From: Candidatus Nanoarchaeia archaeon
Lineage (GTDB): Archaea; Nanobdellota; Nanobdellia; Pacearchaeales; GW2011-AR1
DNA: 64,000 bases
NCBI GenBank assembly: GCA_035548435.1
Contig: DASZSY010000003.1
Coordinates: forward strand, 5,311-69,310
Reading direction: 5' to 3'
Shown: in pieces, positions 9,581 to 19,419 of the stretch
Position numbering within the stretch: position 1 is the first letter of the stretch
Layout: the number at the start of each line of letters is the position of its first letter
Program-made: the position numbers and the translations under genes
Notes under the pieces: generated by a model
Told to the model about the DNA's origin: nothing
The model's input: the letters and a program-made list of their open reading frames with translations, nothing else
Database searches by the model: none

Positions 9581-10263
9581 AAGAAGATGATTTTGTCCTT
9601 TGTACAGTAAAACAAATAGATGCGGCAGTTGTTTTTGTTGAATTAGAAAATGGAGAGAAAGGAAGCATTGCCATGTCTGAAGTAGCTGCTGGAAGAATAA
9701 GAAACTTAAGAGAATACGTTGTTTTAAACAAAAAAATAGTGTGTAAGGTACTTAGAAAAACTCCAGATCATCTAGAATTAAGCCTTCGCCGTGTAACAGG
9801 TAAGGAAAGAGATGAATTACTTGAGAAATATAAGAAAGAAAGAACTGCCGAAGCACTCCTAAAAGCAGCATTTAAAGGCTCAGAAAAAATACTAGACAAA
9901 ATTAAATCTGAAATGTCTCTTTCAGAATTTGTTGCCAAGGCCAGAGCCGACATAAGCTCAATATCCAAGTACCTAGGAAAAGAAGACTCTGCTTCATTAG
10001 AGAAGATACTTGCAGAAAAGAAAGAGAAAGAAAAATCTGCCAAAAAATCATTTATGCTTAAATCAAATTCCTCCGATGGACTTATGGAAATAAAAGAATT
10101 ACTTGATATAAAAAATGTGGACATAAGTTATTTAGGATCAGGTAAATTTTCAATTGAAGCCACTGCCGCAGACTTCAAACAAGCAAATGCAACAGTAGAA
10201 AAGTATGTAGAACAAATACAAAAGAAAGCTAAAGAAAAGAAAATGATTTTTGAATTAAAATGA
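9571..10263 (+). CDS. eif2a: Translation initiation factor 2 alpha subunit (aIF2-alpha)
   Basis: N-terminal S1 domain (DFVLCTVKQI...GSIAMSEVAAGRIRNLREYV...KVLRKTPDHLELSLRRV); conserved S27e-aIF2alpha adjacency. Confidence 0.8.
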   Translation: MEVKEDDFVLCTVKQIDAAVVFVELENGEKGSIAMSEVAAGRIRNLREYVVLNKKIVCKVLRKTPDHLELSLRRVTGKERDELLEKYKKERTAEALLKAAFKGSEKILDKIKSEMSLSEFVAKARADISSISKYLGKEDSASLEKILAEKKEKEKSAKKSFMLKSNSSDGLMEIKELLDIKNVDISYLGSGKFSIEATAADFKQANATVEKYVEQIQKKAKEKKMIFELK

Positions 10264-10377
10264 AACTAAAATTCTTTATAGATTCTAAAGGAAAAAAGCA
10301 ATATACTCTGAAAAATGAAGTAGGAAAAAAAGCAACCCTTGACGCACATTACAAATTTATTAAAATAAAATCAACTT

Positions 10378-10953
10378 CTAATGCAAGTTAGTTTCTTTCT
10401 TAACTATTTCCATGTCTTTTTCCCAGAGAGGAATTAATTTTCTATTGTATATTATAGCTGCTGGATGAAATAAAGGAATCAATTTTATTTTCATTCCTTC
10501 GAATTCAATAAATCTTACTTTTCCATGCAATTCTGTAATTCCTGGTTGCTCATTCATCTTATCAGGTTCAAATCCAGACAAAAAGAATTTTGTTGAATAA
10601 TTCCCTAAGCTACAAACCACTTCAGGCTTCATTTCCCTTATTTGCTGTATAAGCCAAGGAGTATGCATTTTAATTTCATCAGTTGTGGGATTCCTATTCT
10701 CTGGAGGTCTACATTTGAGTATGTTAGCAATGTAAATATCATTTGTAGTAAGTCCAACGTTTGCAAGTAATTTATCTAAGTTTTTTCCTGCAGCACCAAC
10801 AAAAGGCAAACCCTGCTCATCTTCATTTCTTCCAGGAGCTTCTCCAACAAAAAGTATTTTTGAGTTTATGTTTCCCCTCCCAATAACAATATTTTTACAG
10901 TTTTTAAAAATCTCAGTTTGTTTAACTTTCTGTATATAATCTAGTTCTTCCAT
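10378..10953 (-). CDS. udg: Uracil-DNA glycosylase, family 4
   Basis: GEAPGRNEDEQGLPFVGAAG and LKCRPPENRNPT motifs. Confidence 0.85.
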   Translation of the reverse strand: MEELDYIQKVKQTEIFKNCKNIVIGRGNINSKILFVGEAPGRNEDEQGLPFVGAAGKNLDKLLANVGLTTNDIYIANILKCRPPENRNPTTDEIKMHTPWLIQQIREMKPEVVCSLGNYSTKFFLSGFEPDKMNEQPGITELHGKVRFIEFEGMKIKLIPLFHPAAIIYNRKLIPLWEKDMEIVKKETNLH

Positions 10954-10988
10954 TAAAACAATAAAAATTAGAAACTAATAAACATTAC

Positions 10989-11477
10989 TTATACTACAAA
11001 TCCATAAATCTTATATTTCAAAAACAACAAAACAAGCAATACTATAACTGTGAAAACTACTGCTTTAGGGTTTGTCATTGCCCCATTGAATAATCCTATA
11101 TTGTTGTATTTTTTAGAGAATGGGAGCCATAAAGGCTTCGGCTCATCTTTGTGAGTTATAAAGTCAACCAAGTCATGCGCAATTAAACCTAAAAGAAATG
11201 ACTTTGCCTTAAAACCTACAAAAAAAGACAATATTCCAAAAAGAATTACTGCCGGAAATCCGTGTGCAAACCATCCTATTTGATGAAACCAAGTTTGAAT
11301 TGCCTTTGATTCAAATTTCAACATCCCTTTCAAAGTTCTAGGTTTAAACCCTGCAACTTTCAAAAAACTAAATATAAAAAAGAAGTCCAAAAAGATATTT
11401 CCAATCAAAAACCAAGTTAAATCAAGTTTGCCGTTATAAAACAACAAACCAACCAATATATGAATCAACCAATTCAT
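10989..11477 (-). CDS. Hypothetical polytopic membrane protein (possible YdjM/DUF457-like)
   Basis: Multiple TM helices; GLIAHDLVDFITH histidine-rich element. Confidence 0.3.
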   Translation of the reverse strand: MNWLIHILVGLLFYNGKLDLTWFLIGNIFLDFFFIFSFLKVAGFKPRTLKGMLKFESKAIQTWFHQIGWFAHGFPAVILFGILSFFVGFKAKSFLLGLIAHDLVDFITHKDEPKPLWLPFSKKYNNIGLFNGAMTNPKAVVFTVIVLLVLLFLKYKIYGFVV

Positions 11478-11527
11478 AAAAAGTCTAGAAACACAATCTT
11501 TAAAACACCTTCTTTCTAAATCAATTT

Positions 11528-12097
11528 ATGGTAGTAGAACAAACACTCGTGCTTTTGAAGCCAGATACAGTTCAAAGAAATTTAATTGGAAAAATAATTA
11601 CAAGATTTGAAGATGCCGGACTTAAGATTGCAGCAATGAAAATGGTTTGGGCCGATGAAAATATGGCAAAGAAACATTATCATCTAGATGAAACCTGGGC
11701 AAAAAACGTTTTCGACAAAACAAAAGCAGGATATGACAAGGAAGGAAAAAAGATGCCCTATAAAGATCACCTTGAACTCGGAAAAACAATTCAATCCTGG
11801 AATATGGATTTACTTCGTTCAGGTCCAATTATTGCTTTAGTCTTCGAAGGACCACATGCAGTTGAAGTCACAAGAAAAATGGTTGGCTCAACAGAACCTC
11901 GTCAGGCAGCTCCCGGAACAATTCGTGGGGACTTTGCAACACTTGAATCCTATGCTCTAGCAGATGTAAAGAAAAGAGTTCTTAGAAATTTAATTCACGC
12001 TTCAGACACTCCAGACAACGCAAAAAGAGAAATTTCCCTTTGGTTCTCTCCTGCAGAAGTACACAACTACAAGAAAGACTTAGACAAACACTTCTAA
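11528..12097 (+). CDS. ndk: Nucleoside diphosphate kinase with approx 35-aa insertion
   Basis: LVLLKPD ... NLIHASD catalytic His motif; 189 aa versus the usual approx 150. Confidence 0.85.
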   Translation: MVVEQTLVLLKPDTVQRNLIGKIITRFEDAGLKIAAMKMVWADENMAKKHYHLDETWAKNVFDKTKAGYDKEGKKMPYKDHLELGKTIQSWNMDLLRSGPIIALVFEGPHAVEVTRKMVGSTEPRQAAPGTIRGDFATLESYALADVKKRVLRNLIHASDTPDNAKREISLWFSPAEVHNYKKDLDKHF

Positions 12098-12129
12098 ATT
12101 TATTTAAAGTAGAATTCTCTTATTTTAAT

Positions 12130-12486
12130 ATGAAAAAATTAAAAGTTATAACTGGTTTACTAAACAGTAAAAAAACTCTTTTAGTAAGTATGAAAGTTAG
12201 TGAAGAGATATTAAGGAAACTTGATGAAATAATTGCAGATTTTGATAATTCTGAATACTTCAAATTTTACTTAGAAGAATATAATGATGTTCCAAAGGAA
12301 ATTTACAATCCTAAAAGCCCTTACCTAAAAAATAGCACAATAAGATTGTTTAAAGATGAAGAAACAGCTTTTCTAATAATAAGAGAAGAAACCTTGCAGA
12401 TGATAATACTAAAAAATTCGTCTAAATTTAAAGAACTAGAAAAGAAGTTATTTTCAGTATTTGACTTTGTTCCTGTTAAAAAATAG
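12130..12486 (+). CDS. Hypothetical protein
   Basis: Internal Met start chosen because the track start at 12040 overlaps the ndk 3' end. Confidence 0.3.
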   Translation: MKKLKVITGLLNSKKTLLVSMKVSEEILRKLDEIIADFDNSEYFKFYLEEYNDVPKEIYNPKSPYLKNSTIRLFKDEETAFLIIREETLQMIILKNSSKFKELEKKLFSVFDFVPVKK

Positions 12487-12521
12487 AATAGCTTTATAAA
12501 AAGACTTTTTGCTCCTATATT

Positions 12522-12836
12522 ATGAATAAACCCTATGAACAAGTAAATTATCAGTTATTTCTAGAGATAGCTGAAAGACAAACTCATCAAAAACCCCAGG
12601 CCAAAGGACTTGCAAGTAAAATACTAGGTTTAGCAAGACAAGAAAGAATCAGAATAGATCCATTAAATTCTCTGCCAATAAATGACTCTGACCTAACAAG
12701 AATTTACGCACATTATGCGCGGCCTGAGCAACAAGACATGCTTCCTGAAAGTTTAGGAAAGGGAGCATTTTGCGTTCTTCACAATTATTTAGTTCGTAGA
12801 GATTTGATTAGCTCAGAAGAAGTTACCTTAGGATAA
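12522..12836 (+). CDS. Hypothetical protein
   Basis: 104-aa ORF with slightly higher GC than neighbours; no motif. Confidence 0.3.
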   Translation: MNKPYEQVNYQLFLEIAERQTHQKPQAKGLASKILGLARQERIRIDPLNSLPINDSDLTRIYAHYARPEQQDMLPESLGKGAFCVLHNYLVRRDLISSEEVTLG

Positions 12837-12867
12837 TTTTAAAACACCCCTTCCTTGACTTTAATAA

Positions 12868-12941
12868 GCCCCCATAGTTTAGCCTGGATAGAACGAGACC
12901 TTGCGGAGGTCTTAACCGAGGTTCAAATCCTCGTGGGGGCG
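12868..12941 (+). tRNA. tRNA-Arg (anticodon GCG)
   Basis: Acceptor GCCCCCA/TGGGGGC, D-stem GTTT/GAAC, anticodon stem AGACC/GGTCT with loop TTGCGGA, T-arm CGAGG-TTCAAAT-CCTCG, discriminator G. Confidence 0.85.
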
Positions 12942-12942
12942 T

Positions 12943-13476
12943 TTAATTATTTATTTTCTTTTGTAAATAAGGAGAAAAGTATTTTCTGTATTTATTTTGT
13001 AATTCAGGCATTTTCCAGTCAGTAGGTCTAACAAACTTTCTACAATTTCCACTTCCACAATTACATTCAAAGTCATTTAAATGGTCGCCTTGGATAATCA
13101 AAGACTCACAAAAAGCATAATCAAAAGTAAGTTCCTCACCTTCTTTTATGTCTCTTATTGCAACCAATTTAATAGAACCATCAAAACCACAATTAGGTTC
13201 GCAAGAGTGATTAAAGACTCCTTTTTCTTCTAATTCCTTTCTGGATGTTGGTACAATAAAAAAATCTTCATCGAATTGTATGCCGACATGCCCCATAATC
13301 TTCCAGTATTTTTGTATATCATTTGCTGAGATAACAACTCCTCCCAAAACACCTACATTTTCTCCTTTTGAAATATTTTGTATTGCAATAACTCCAAGTC
13401 CTTCTATTGAAGAATTATATGCCTTTGCTTTTGAGGTTAGCCATCTATGGGTATACTTAGAATGCAAATCTTCCAT
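12943..13476 (-). CDS. SET-domain protein lysine methyltransferase with Cys-rich post-SET
   Basis: NHSCEPNC, GEELTFDY and post-SET CNCGSGNCRK motifs. Confidence 0.75.
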   Translation of the reverse strand: MEDLHSKYTHRWLTSKAKAYNSSIEGLGVIAIQNISKGENVGVLGGVVISANDIQKYWKIMGHVGIQFDEDFFIVPTSRKELEEKGVFNHSCEPNCGFDGSIKLVAIRDIKEGEELTFDYAFCESLIIQGDHLNDFECNCGSGNCRKFVRPTDWKMPELQNKYRKYFSPYLQKKINN

Positions 13477-13511
13477 AAACTTATACCCTGAAAGAACTTA
13501 AAAATATTTGC

Positions 13512-14072
13512 TTACTCAAAAACGCTTTTCACTTGCAGAAAACCATTTTTCCCTGCTTTGTTATTAATGTATTTAGTAAATTCAAAATCATCCTTATCGC
13601 ATGAAATTATTATTAGAGAGTTATCTCCAACCGGGAAAACAAAAGGATTTCCATCTCCCTTTGTAAAAACTGCTTGTCCTCCCCAGCTTGAATCCCATTT
13701 CTTTGCACTGTGATAAACAGCAACTATTCTTTTGTTTTGCTTGGCTTCATCATGTATCAGTGTAAAGTCTCTGTGTCCATATAGCCTATTTGCTCTTTCA
13801 ATTAACTTAATTTTTTTACCAGAAATCATCTCAACAAATTCTTGAAATTCTCTGCTTGATAAGAAAGTATCTCCATCTAAGGATTTATAAGAAAATAAAT
13901 CTGCTCTAAATAATTTTTTTCCTTTCTTTTTTGCAAAATGAAGCATTTGACTGTGTGCAGTTTTATCTAAAAAGTCTCCTAAAACTAAAATTCCGCCTTG
14001 CATTTTGAAAACAGAGGCCATTTCTTTCATAGTCTTTGGATTTCTATAAAGAGAATTTATCATTTTAGCCAT
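13512..14072 (-). CDS. Hypothetical protein
   Basis: 186-aa ORF between the SET and 2OG-oxygenase genes, overlapping the latter by 13 nt; no confident motif. Confidence 0.3.
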   Translation of the reverse strand: MAKMINSLYRNPKTMKEMASVFKMQGGILVLGDFLDKTAHSQMLHFAKKKGKKLFRADLFSYKSLDGDTFLSSREFQEFVEMISGKKIKLIERANRLYGHRDFTLIHDEAKQNKRIVAVYHSAKKWDSSWGGQAVFTKGDGNPFVFPVGDNSLIIISCDKDDFEFTKYINNKAGKNGFLQVKSVFE

Positions 14073-14656
14073 CCTCCAATAGCATATCTATCTTTCTTAC
14101 CTATAACTTCATCTACAGAATGCCAACTCTTGTTGCTTACAGCAAACATTGCTAAACTATTCCATTTAGGAGAATATTTTTTAACTGGCTTTCCAGGTTT
14201 TCCATTATCATCATCAAAAATGACTAATGCTCCCCCTTCTTTTTCTTTGAAATCATCACTTAAATAAAGAATATATGCAATTTTTCTGTCTTCAACTTTA
14301 TCATCGTGACAAAGAAGATAATTCGTATCTTTATACAAACTTCCAGCAAAATCAAGTACTCCAGGTTTAACATTAAGGCCTGAAACATCTTTCATAAAAT
14401 CAGCAAATTCTTTTGAAACAACAAAAGAGTGCATTTCTTTCAAGTCCTTATTTTTTGTTTGGGCTAAATCTGAAGTTTGCCAAAGATGGAACAAGTCCGA
14501 ATCTTTTTCTTTAAATTCTTCTTTTCTTATTGCCTTGGCAAGTCTCTGTGCATCTTTCTCATCTAAAAAATTCTCAATAACTAAATGAGGATAAGGCCTT
14601 GCTTCAGTAAATTTCTTATTTAGCTTCTTAGTATCGTGCTTAGATATGTCAAACAT
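14060..14656 (-). CDS. 2OG-Fe(II) oxygenase (prolyl-4-hydroxylase-like)
   Basis: PYPHLVIENFLDE N-terminal signature; CHDDKVEDRKIAYILYLS (H-x-D), later WHSVDEV (distal His) and RYAIGGWL (2OG-binding Arg). Confidence 0.65.
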   Translation of the reverse strand: MFDISKHDTKKLNKKFTEARPYPHLVIENFLDEKDAQRLAKAIRKEEFKEKDSDLFHLWQTSDLAQTKNKDLKEMHSFVVSKEFADFMKDVSGLNVKPGVLDFAGSLYKDTNYLLCHDDKVEDRKIAYILYLSDDFKEKEGGALVIFDDDNGKPGKPVKKYSPKWNSLAMFAVSNKSWHSVDEVIGKKDRYAIGGWLK

Positions 14657-14711
14657 TAAAGATATAGTAAAAAAGACGTTTTAAATATTGCTTCCTTAAA
14701 AGAAAGACAAA

Positions 14712-15401
14712 CTAATTATTTTCAACCAATTTAGTTTCATACCAAAACTCATATAACGGCCCAATGAGCATTCCTGTTAAAAAATACCAAATCATATCAT
14801 CTAAAGGCATATTTAAGAAAATAAAATTAGGAACATTAGTAAAATGCCAAAATTCTTCGACCCATCCAGGAGTTATAAGCTCAAGTAAACTATAAACAAT
14901 AAAAGCTATAAAAAGCATCAAGAACCCGGAAACGATTGAGTCTATTATCAAATCCTTACGTTTTAAATATATAATTAATGTTGGTACCGATAGAGTAATT
15001 ATTGTTGCAATAAAACTATTCAAATTAAAAAAATAAAAAGTGCCAAAAAATAAAAAAAGCATTAAAAGGGTTATCTTAAGTTCTTTAGCAAAAACTTTTT
15101 CCTTATTTACATTTTTTCTCTTTCTAATTCTCTTCTTAAACAAATCTTCATAGATAACTGTAGCAATTCCAGCAATGCAAAATCCAACTATAAAAGCTTC
15201 GAAACCTATACGTGTATTAGTTAAAGTCAGTGGACTCCACCAGTCTTGAGTATACAATATATCTGCTCCAACTCCTGCGAAACCAAAAATAAAAGATATA
15301 GAAATCATTTGTTTACGAGTATCTTCACGCCACAAATAAAGAATAAGCCAGATAATTAAAAAAATTAGACCCATGTAAGCATAGGTATACTGATAACTCA
15401 T
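14712..15401 (-). CDS. Hypothetical polytopic membrane protein
   Basis: About 7 TM helices; no motif. Confidence 0.3.
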   Translation of the reverse strand: MSYQYTYAYMGLIFLIIWLILYLWREDTRKQMISISFIFGFAGVGADILYTQDWWSPLTLTNTRIGFEAFIVGFCIAGIATVIYEDLFKKRIRKRKNVNKEKVFAKELKITLLMLFLFFGTFYFFNLNSFIATIITLSVPTLIIYLKRKDLIIDSIVSGFLMLFIAFIVYSLLELITPGWVEEFWHFTNVPNFIFLNMPLDDMIWYFLTGMLIGPLYEFWYETKLVENN

Positions 15402-15431
15402 TTATGTTAATACAAAAGATATAATTTAAAC

Positions 15432-16436
15432 TTACTCTTCTTCGTCTTTTACACCCTTAGTTGTAACATAGAACACAGTTTCATTGTCCGGTAAGTTTGG
15501 ACTATCTATTAATTTTGCAACTCTGCTTCCCTGTTTTCCACGTCTTAGATATATTCTATATGTACTTGCGTGTCCAACTATATTTCCACCAATAGCTGTT
15601 GTTGGATCTCCAAACATCATTGCAGGGTTTGCCATAACTTGATTTGTAAGATATATTGCAATATTGTGTTGCTCAGCAAGTCTCATTAATTGGTGTAAAT
15701 ATCTGTTAAGTTTATGCTGTCTGTCTGCAAGTTGTCCACGTCCAGCGAACTCAGCTCTAAAGTGTGCTGTCAAAGAGTCTATAATTACAAGTTTTATTGG
15801 TTGTCCATCTTTTATAAGTTCAGTAACCTTATCAACCAAAAGCATTTGATGGTCTGAATTAAATGCTCTTGCAACAAATATGTTTTTCAAAACTTTTTCA
15901 GGAACCGCTCCAACTCCTTCAGCTATCTGTCTTATTCTCTCAGGTCTAAATGTTCCTTCAGTATCTATGTAAACTGCCTTTCCATCCAACCCGCCTTGCT
16001 CTTTAGGCAATTGAACATTCACAGCCAATGTTAGTCCTAACTGTGTCTTTCCACTTCCAAAAGCTCCATAACATTCAGTTATTGCCTTTGTTTCTACTCC
16101 CTTTCCACCCAGAAGATTATTGAAATTTGAGCTTCCTGTAGTTATATGTCCCACATCTTCTCTTTTTTTAGCGAATTCAATTCCATCTGTGAAACCAAGT
16201 TTCATCAAATTTCTAGCAGCCTGTATTGCTTTTCTTGCAACAGCTTCTCCTATTCCAGCCATATCTGAAAGAGCAGCAGGAGACATAACTGCCATTCCCA
16301 TTAAATCATAAACTCCAGCAGCTTCTAATTTTGCAGCAATTCCTGGACCAATTCCAGGAATGTCTGTCAAAGAAGGTTCTTTTTCCTTAGAATCTTCAAT
16401 TTTCTCCTCTTTCTCCTCGGAAGATTTTCTGACCAT
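15432..16436 (-). CDS. radA: DNA repair and recombination protein RadA
   Basis: N-terminal HhH region ([16 protein letters not shown]), Walker [11 protein letters not shown], Walker B LVIIDSL. Confidence 0.9.
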   Translation of the reverse strand: MVRKSSEEKEEKIEDSKEKEPSLTDIPGIGPGIAAKLEAAGVYDLMGMAVMSPAALSDMAGIGEAVARKAIQAARNLMKLGFTDGIEFAKKREDVGHITTGSSNFNNLLGGKGVETKAITECYGAFGSGKTQLGLTLAVNVQLPKEQGGLDGKAVYIDTEGTFRPERIRQIAEGVGAVPEKVLKNIFVARAFNSDHQMLLVDKVTELIKDGQPIKLVIIDSLTAHFRAEFAGRGQLADRQHKLNRYLHQLMRLAEQHNIAIYLTNQVMANPAMMFGDPTTAIGGNIVGHASTYRIYLRRGKQGSRVAKLIDSPNLPDNETVFYVTTKGVKDEEE

Positions 16437-16491
16437 TCAAATAATCGTTGTGTTTGCTATATAAAGATTATAACACTCAACTATACATTTG

Positions 16492-16941
16492 CTAAAAGAG
16501 TTTTAAAAACAAAAAAATCACTGCAAAAATACATATTCCCCAGAAAGTCATTTTTTCTGTAAAACTCCCCGTCGTAATTACTCCTTCAGTTTTATACCCT
16601 AGTGGCCAAAAAGGTACTATTCCTTCAACAGTTATGCTGTCAAGCAATAAATGAGAAGTATATCCTATGAAAAAAGCAAAAGCCAAAAAAGGATATACTG
16701 CTGAAATAAAGTAGCTTAAAACAAAACATAAAGTTAAACTATGAAAAACACCTCTATGTTTTATTATCCATTGTAAAGGCCTTAGAAAAAATCTGTTTCC
16801 AATAAAAGATTTAGTACTATCTATGTCAGGTAGCAAACTTGCAAAGACCGTTGTTGCAAATACTAGAACATTATAATCAAAAGAGAAAAAACAAATTATC
16901 CCCAGCAAAACTCCTAGAGCTATATGCGTTCTGAATAACAT
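16492..16941 (-). CDS. Membrane-bound metal-dependent hydrolase-like protein (DUF457/YdjM-like)
   Basis: Four TM helices with conserved His (HIALG, HSL, HLLLDS). Confidence 0.4.
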   Translation of the reverse strand: MLFRTHIALGVLLGIICFFSFDYNVLVFATTVFASLLPDIDSTKSFIGNRFFLRPLQWIIKHRGVFHSLTLCFVLSYFISAVYPFLAFAFFIGYTSHLLLDSITVEGIVPFWPLGYKTEGVITTGSFTEKMTFWGICIFAVIFLFLKLF

Positions 16942-16971
16942 GAATTTTCTAAAGGAAGAAAGAATATAAAA

Positions 16972-17904
16972 TTAAGCTTGAAGTTCTTTCAGTAAGCTGT
17001 CAAGGTTTACAGGTTCAATGCTATCTATTGAAAATTCCAAATTGTTGAAAAGTTGATTCATTTTTAATGTTCCTGAGAAATAAAGTTCTTCTCCAAGTAA
17101 TTCCTGTTTCTTAACATGAAAAGCTTCAAGAGAAAATAATTCTGCTTCTGAGACTCCAAATGCATATAATTCCTTGTCAGACAACAATGCCCTTGTGGTT
17201 TCAGTTCCATCATCAATCACTATATTTAGCAAGGCTCTTCTAACCGGTTGTATTTTTCCATGAACTGCACACTCTCCATCTATTGCCTTTTTTCTGCATT
17301 CTGGGCAAACTTCAAAATATCTTGGATCAAAAACCTGTACAATAACTGCTCTTGTTCTTATTCTATCTCCCTGTTTAGCATCCTTTAGCTCCTTCTGCTG
17401 TGTTGTCGGCTTTGTTGTAACCACCTGATCAATTGTATTTTTACTTAACTTTACATCAGAAAATGAAGAAAGATGTAGCTCTCCATTTCTAACACTTGCC
17501 CTGGATACTTCTAAAACATCTCCCTGCTTTATTTTATTCTGTTCTATTAAAGCAATGTGATTAACATCCCAGAAAACTGTTTTGACAGTTCCAGATTCAT
17601 CACCTAAAATCATATTTGCCACCTTTCCACTTCTTCCATTTTTCTCGTAACTTCTAACAGGATAAAGTGCAACAATTTTTCCTATAACACTTGCTTTTTT
17701 CATTCCTTCAATTAATTCAGCAACTTTCATTTTTTCTTCTTCAAAATTAATTCCAAGTTCTGCTGCAACTATCTGTGCAGCTCCTTCTTTAGAAACAAGT
17801 CCTGAAAGCTTGGCTCTTTTAGCTTCAACCTTTCTAGATACTTCATCTTTAGTAATTCCTGCCTGTTGTGAAACACGTTCAATTAACCTCTCATAATTAT
17901 CCAT
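16972..17904 (-). CDS. rpa: Replication protein A (ssDNA-binding, OB-fold + zinc finger)
   Basis: OB-fold segment (VANMILGDESGTVKTVFWD) and C4-type element CPECRKK...C..HGK. Confidence 0.7.
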   Translation of the reverse strand: MDNYERLIERVSQQAGITKDEVSRKVEAKRAKLSGLVSKEGAAQIVAAELGINFEEEKMKVAELIEGMKKASVIGKIVALYPVRSYEKNGRSGKVANMILGDESGTVKTVFWDVNHIALIEQNKIKQGDVLEVSRASVRNGELHLSSFSDVKLSKNTIDQVVTTKPTTQQKELKDAKQGDRIRTRAVIVQVFDPRYFEVCPECRKKAIDGECAVHGKIQPVRRALLNIVIDDGTETTRALLSDKELYAFGVSEAELFSLEAFHVKKQELLGEELYFSGTLKMNQLFNNLEFSIDSIEPVNLDSLLKELQA

Positions 17905-17976
17905 TAAACCTTCAGAAAACGACAGTTTAAAAGAATTGTTGTGAAACTTTATAAACCATGTATTTCATAATAAATT

Positions 17977-18249
17977 ATGGCTACAGTAATAGTAATAACA
18001 AAATTAATGCCTGAATCTCCTTCAGTAGACATGGCTGCAATGAAAAAAGCTGCAACTCTTGCTCTAGAAAAAGAAGGTGGAAAGAACATAAGCATTGAAG
18101 AGAAACCAATTGCATTTGGACTTAAAGCATTATACGTAAAAACAGACATGGATGAAAGCAAAGGAACAGATTTAATTGAAGAAGTTCTAGGAAAAATACC
18201 TAATGTTTCCTCAGTAACTATAGAAGACTATAGAAGAGCATTCGGATAA
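17977..18249 (+). CDS. ef1b: Translation elongation factor 1-beta (aEF-1beta)
   Basis: KLMPESPSVDM...EEKPIAFGLKALYV...VEDYRRA-like pattern typical of aEF1B, about 90 aa. Confidence 0.75.
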   Translation: MATVIVITKLMPESPSVDMAAMKKAATLALEKEGGKNISIEEKPIAFGLKALYVKTDMDESKGTDLIEEVLGKIPNVSSVTIEDYRRAFG

Positions 18250-18260
18250 GTCTTTAATTT

Positions 18261-18761
18261 TTGATATACAGATTAAAAAGCAATAATCATTATATAGTTA
18301 AAATAAGAGAGGATTATATGCTAGAAGCACTTCCCTCCTGTTCTAGAAAATCCTGGAGACTTAATTACAAAAGCCCTTCTTTTTTTGACTTTGATGCAAT
18401 AAAATCTGCTTTAGTTTCAGAAAAAAATCTTATTTACACAATCCATCATAAAGATGAAAGAAATCCCGTTTACATTGGAGCCATTGGAAAAGAAATATTT
18501 CTGATTGCAGATAATAGACTTCATGTCTATGGGGAAGAAGCTAGTTTAGATTTAGTAGCAGCTCAAATAACCCAAGGAATATCAACTGTCAGAATTGCAC
18601 AAAACCTACCTGAAATGAAAGTTAGTCAAATTACAGAACCGGACAAAGAATTCCTTGGAAGATTAGAAAAAGATTACCTTACAGTTATTGAATCTATATC
18701 TCAAACCCCTTCCTATTCGAATATACAATCTCTTAAGGCAATAATTGAAGGTTCATCATAA
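18261..18761 (+). CDS. Hypothetical protein
   Basis: 166 aa; no motif. Confidence 0.3.
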   Translation: MIYRLKSNNHYIVKIREDYMLEALPSCSRKSWRLNYKSPSFFDFDAIKSALVSEKNLIYTIHHKDERNPVYIGAIGKEIFLIADNRLHVYGEEASLDLVAAQITQGISTVRIAQNLPEMKVSQITEPDKEFLGRLEKDYLTVIESISQTPSYSNIQSLKAIIEGSS

Positions 18762-18792
18762 AAACTATAAATCCCTTCTTTCTCTATAATCC

Positions 18793-19419
18793 ATGGCATT
18801 AACACAAGAGCAAATAACTGAATTAAAAAACCAACTTCTAAGTCAAGTTCAGCATTTACCTGCAGAGCAAAAAGCAGAAGCAGAACAACAAATACAAGAA
18901 CTTTCTCCAGAAGCACTTGAAATGATGCTCTCACAACAAAGAGAAAAAAATAAAGGTCCTAAAAAAACAATATTTCGTTCGATAGTAGATAATGATGTCT
19001 CAAGCATAGTTGTTGAAGAAAACAAAATAGCAAAGGCAGTAATGGATATAACTCCAATATCAAAGGGCCACGTCCTAATAATTCCAATCAAACCTGTACA
19101 AGATGCCAAGCAACTACCAGTTGCAACATTTTCACTTGCTAAGAAAATTGCACTGCGAATATCAAAGAAACTAAACTCAAAATCAAATCTAATTCAAACT
19201 GAAAATAAATTCGGAGAATCGGTTATACATGTAATTCCGTCATACACTGAAAAAGTTTTAGATCTTTCTTCAGAAAGATCCAAAGCAAAAACTGAAGAGC
19301 TTGAATCAGTTTCATCTCTTATAAGAGCACCTGCAAAAAAACAAAGAATAGAAAAAATAAAAGTATCTAAGTCAGTGCAACCAACCAATGCTGTCCAAAT
19401 AAAAAGAAGAATACCATAA
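18793..19419 (+). CDS. HIT-like hydrolase domain protein with degenerate histidine triad and Lys-rich tail
   Basis: TIFRSIVDNDVSSIVVEENKIAKAVMDITPISKGHVLIIPIKP matches the HIT N-region, but the triad position reads SVIHVIP (only one His). Confidence 0.5.
   Translation: MALTQEQITELKNQLLSQVQHLPAEQKAEAEQQIQELSPEALEMMLSQQREKNKGPKKTIFRSIVDNDVSSIVVEENKIAKAVMDITPISKGHVLIIPIKPVQDAKQLPVATFSLAKKIALRISKKLNSKSNLIQTENKFGESVIHVIPSYTEKVLDLSSERSKAKTEELESVSSLIRAPAKKQRIEKIKVSKSVQPTNAVQIKRRIP

Noticed and set aside
12040-12129. Track start of the 148-aa ORF overlapping the ndk 3' end
   Set aside because: The 30-codon overlap with the ndk C-terminus is unlikely. The internal ATG at 12130 has normal spacing after the ndk stop.
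13280-13501. 73-aa plus ORF
   Set aside because: Antisense within the SET-domain gene.
13512-14072. Second 2OG-oxygenase/cupin call for the 186-aa protein (HRDFTLIHDE…VYHSA)
   Set aside because: The H-x-D to distal His spacing (approx 20 aa) is too short for a DSBH facial triad. It is left as hypothetical.
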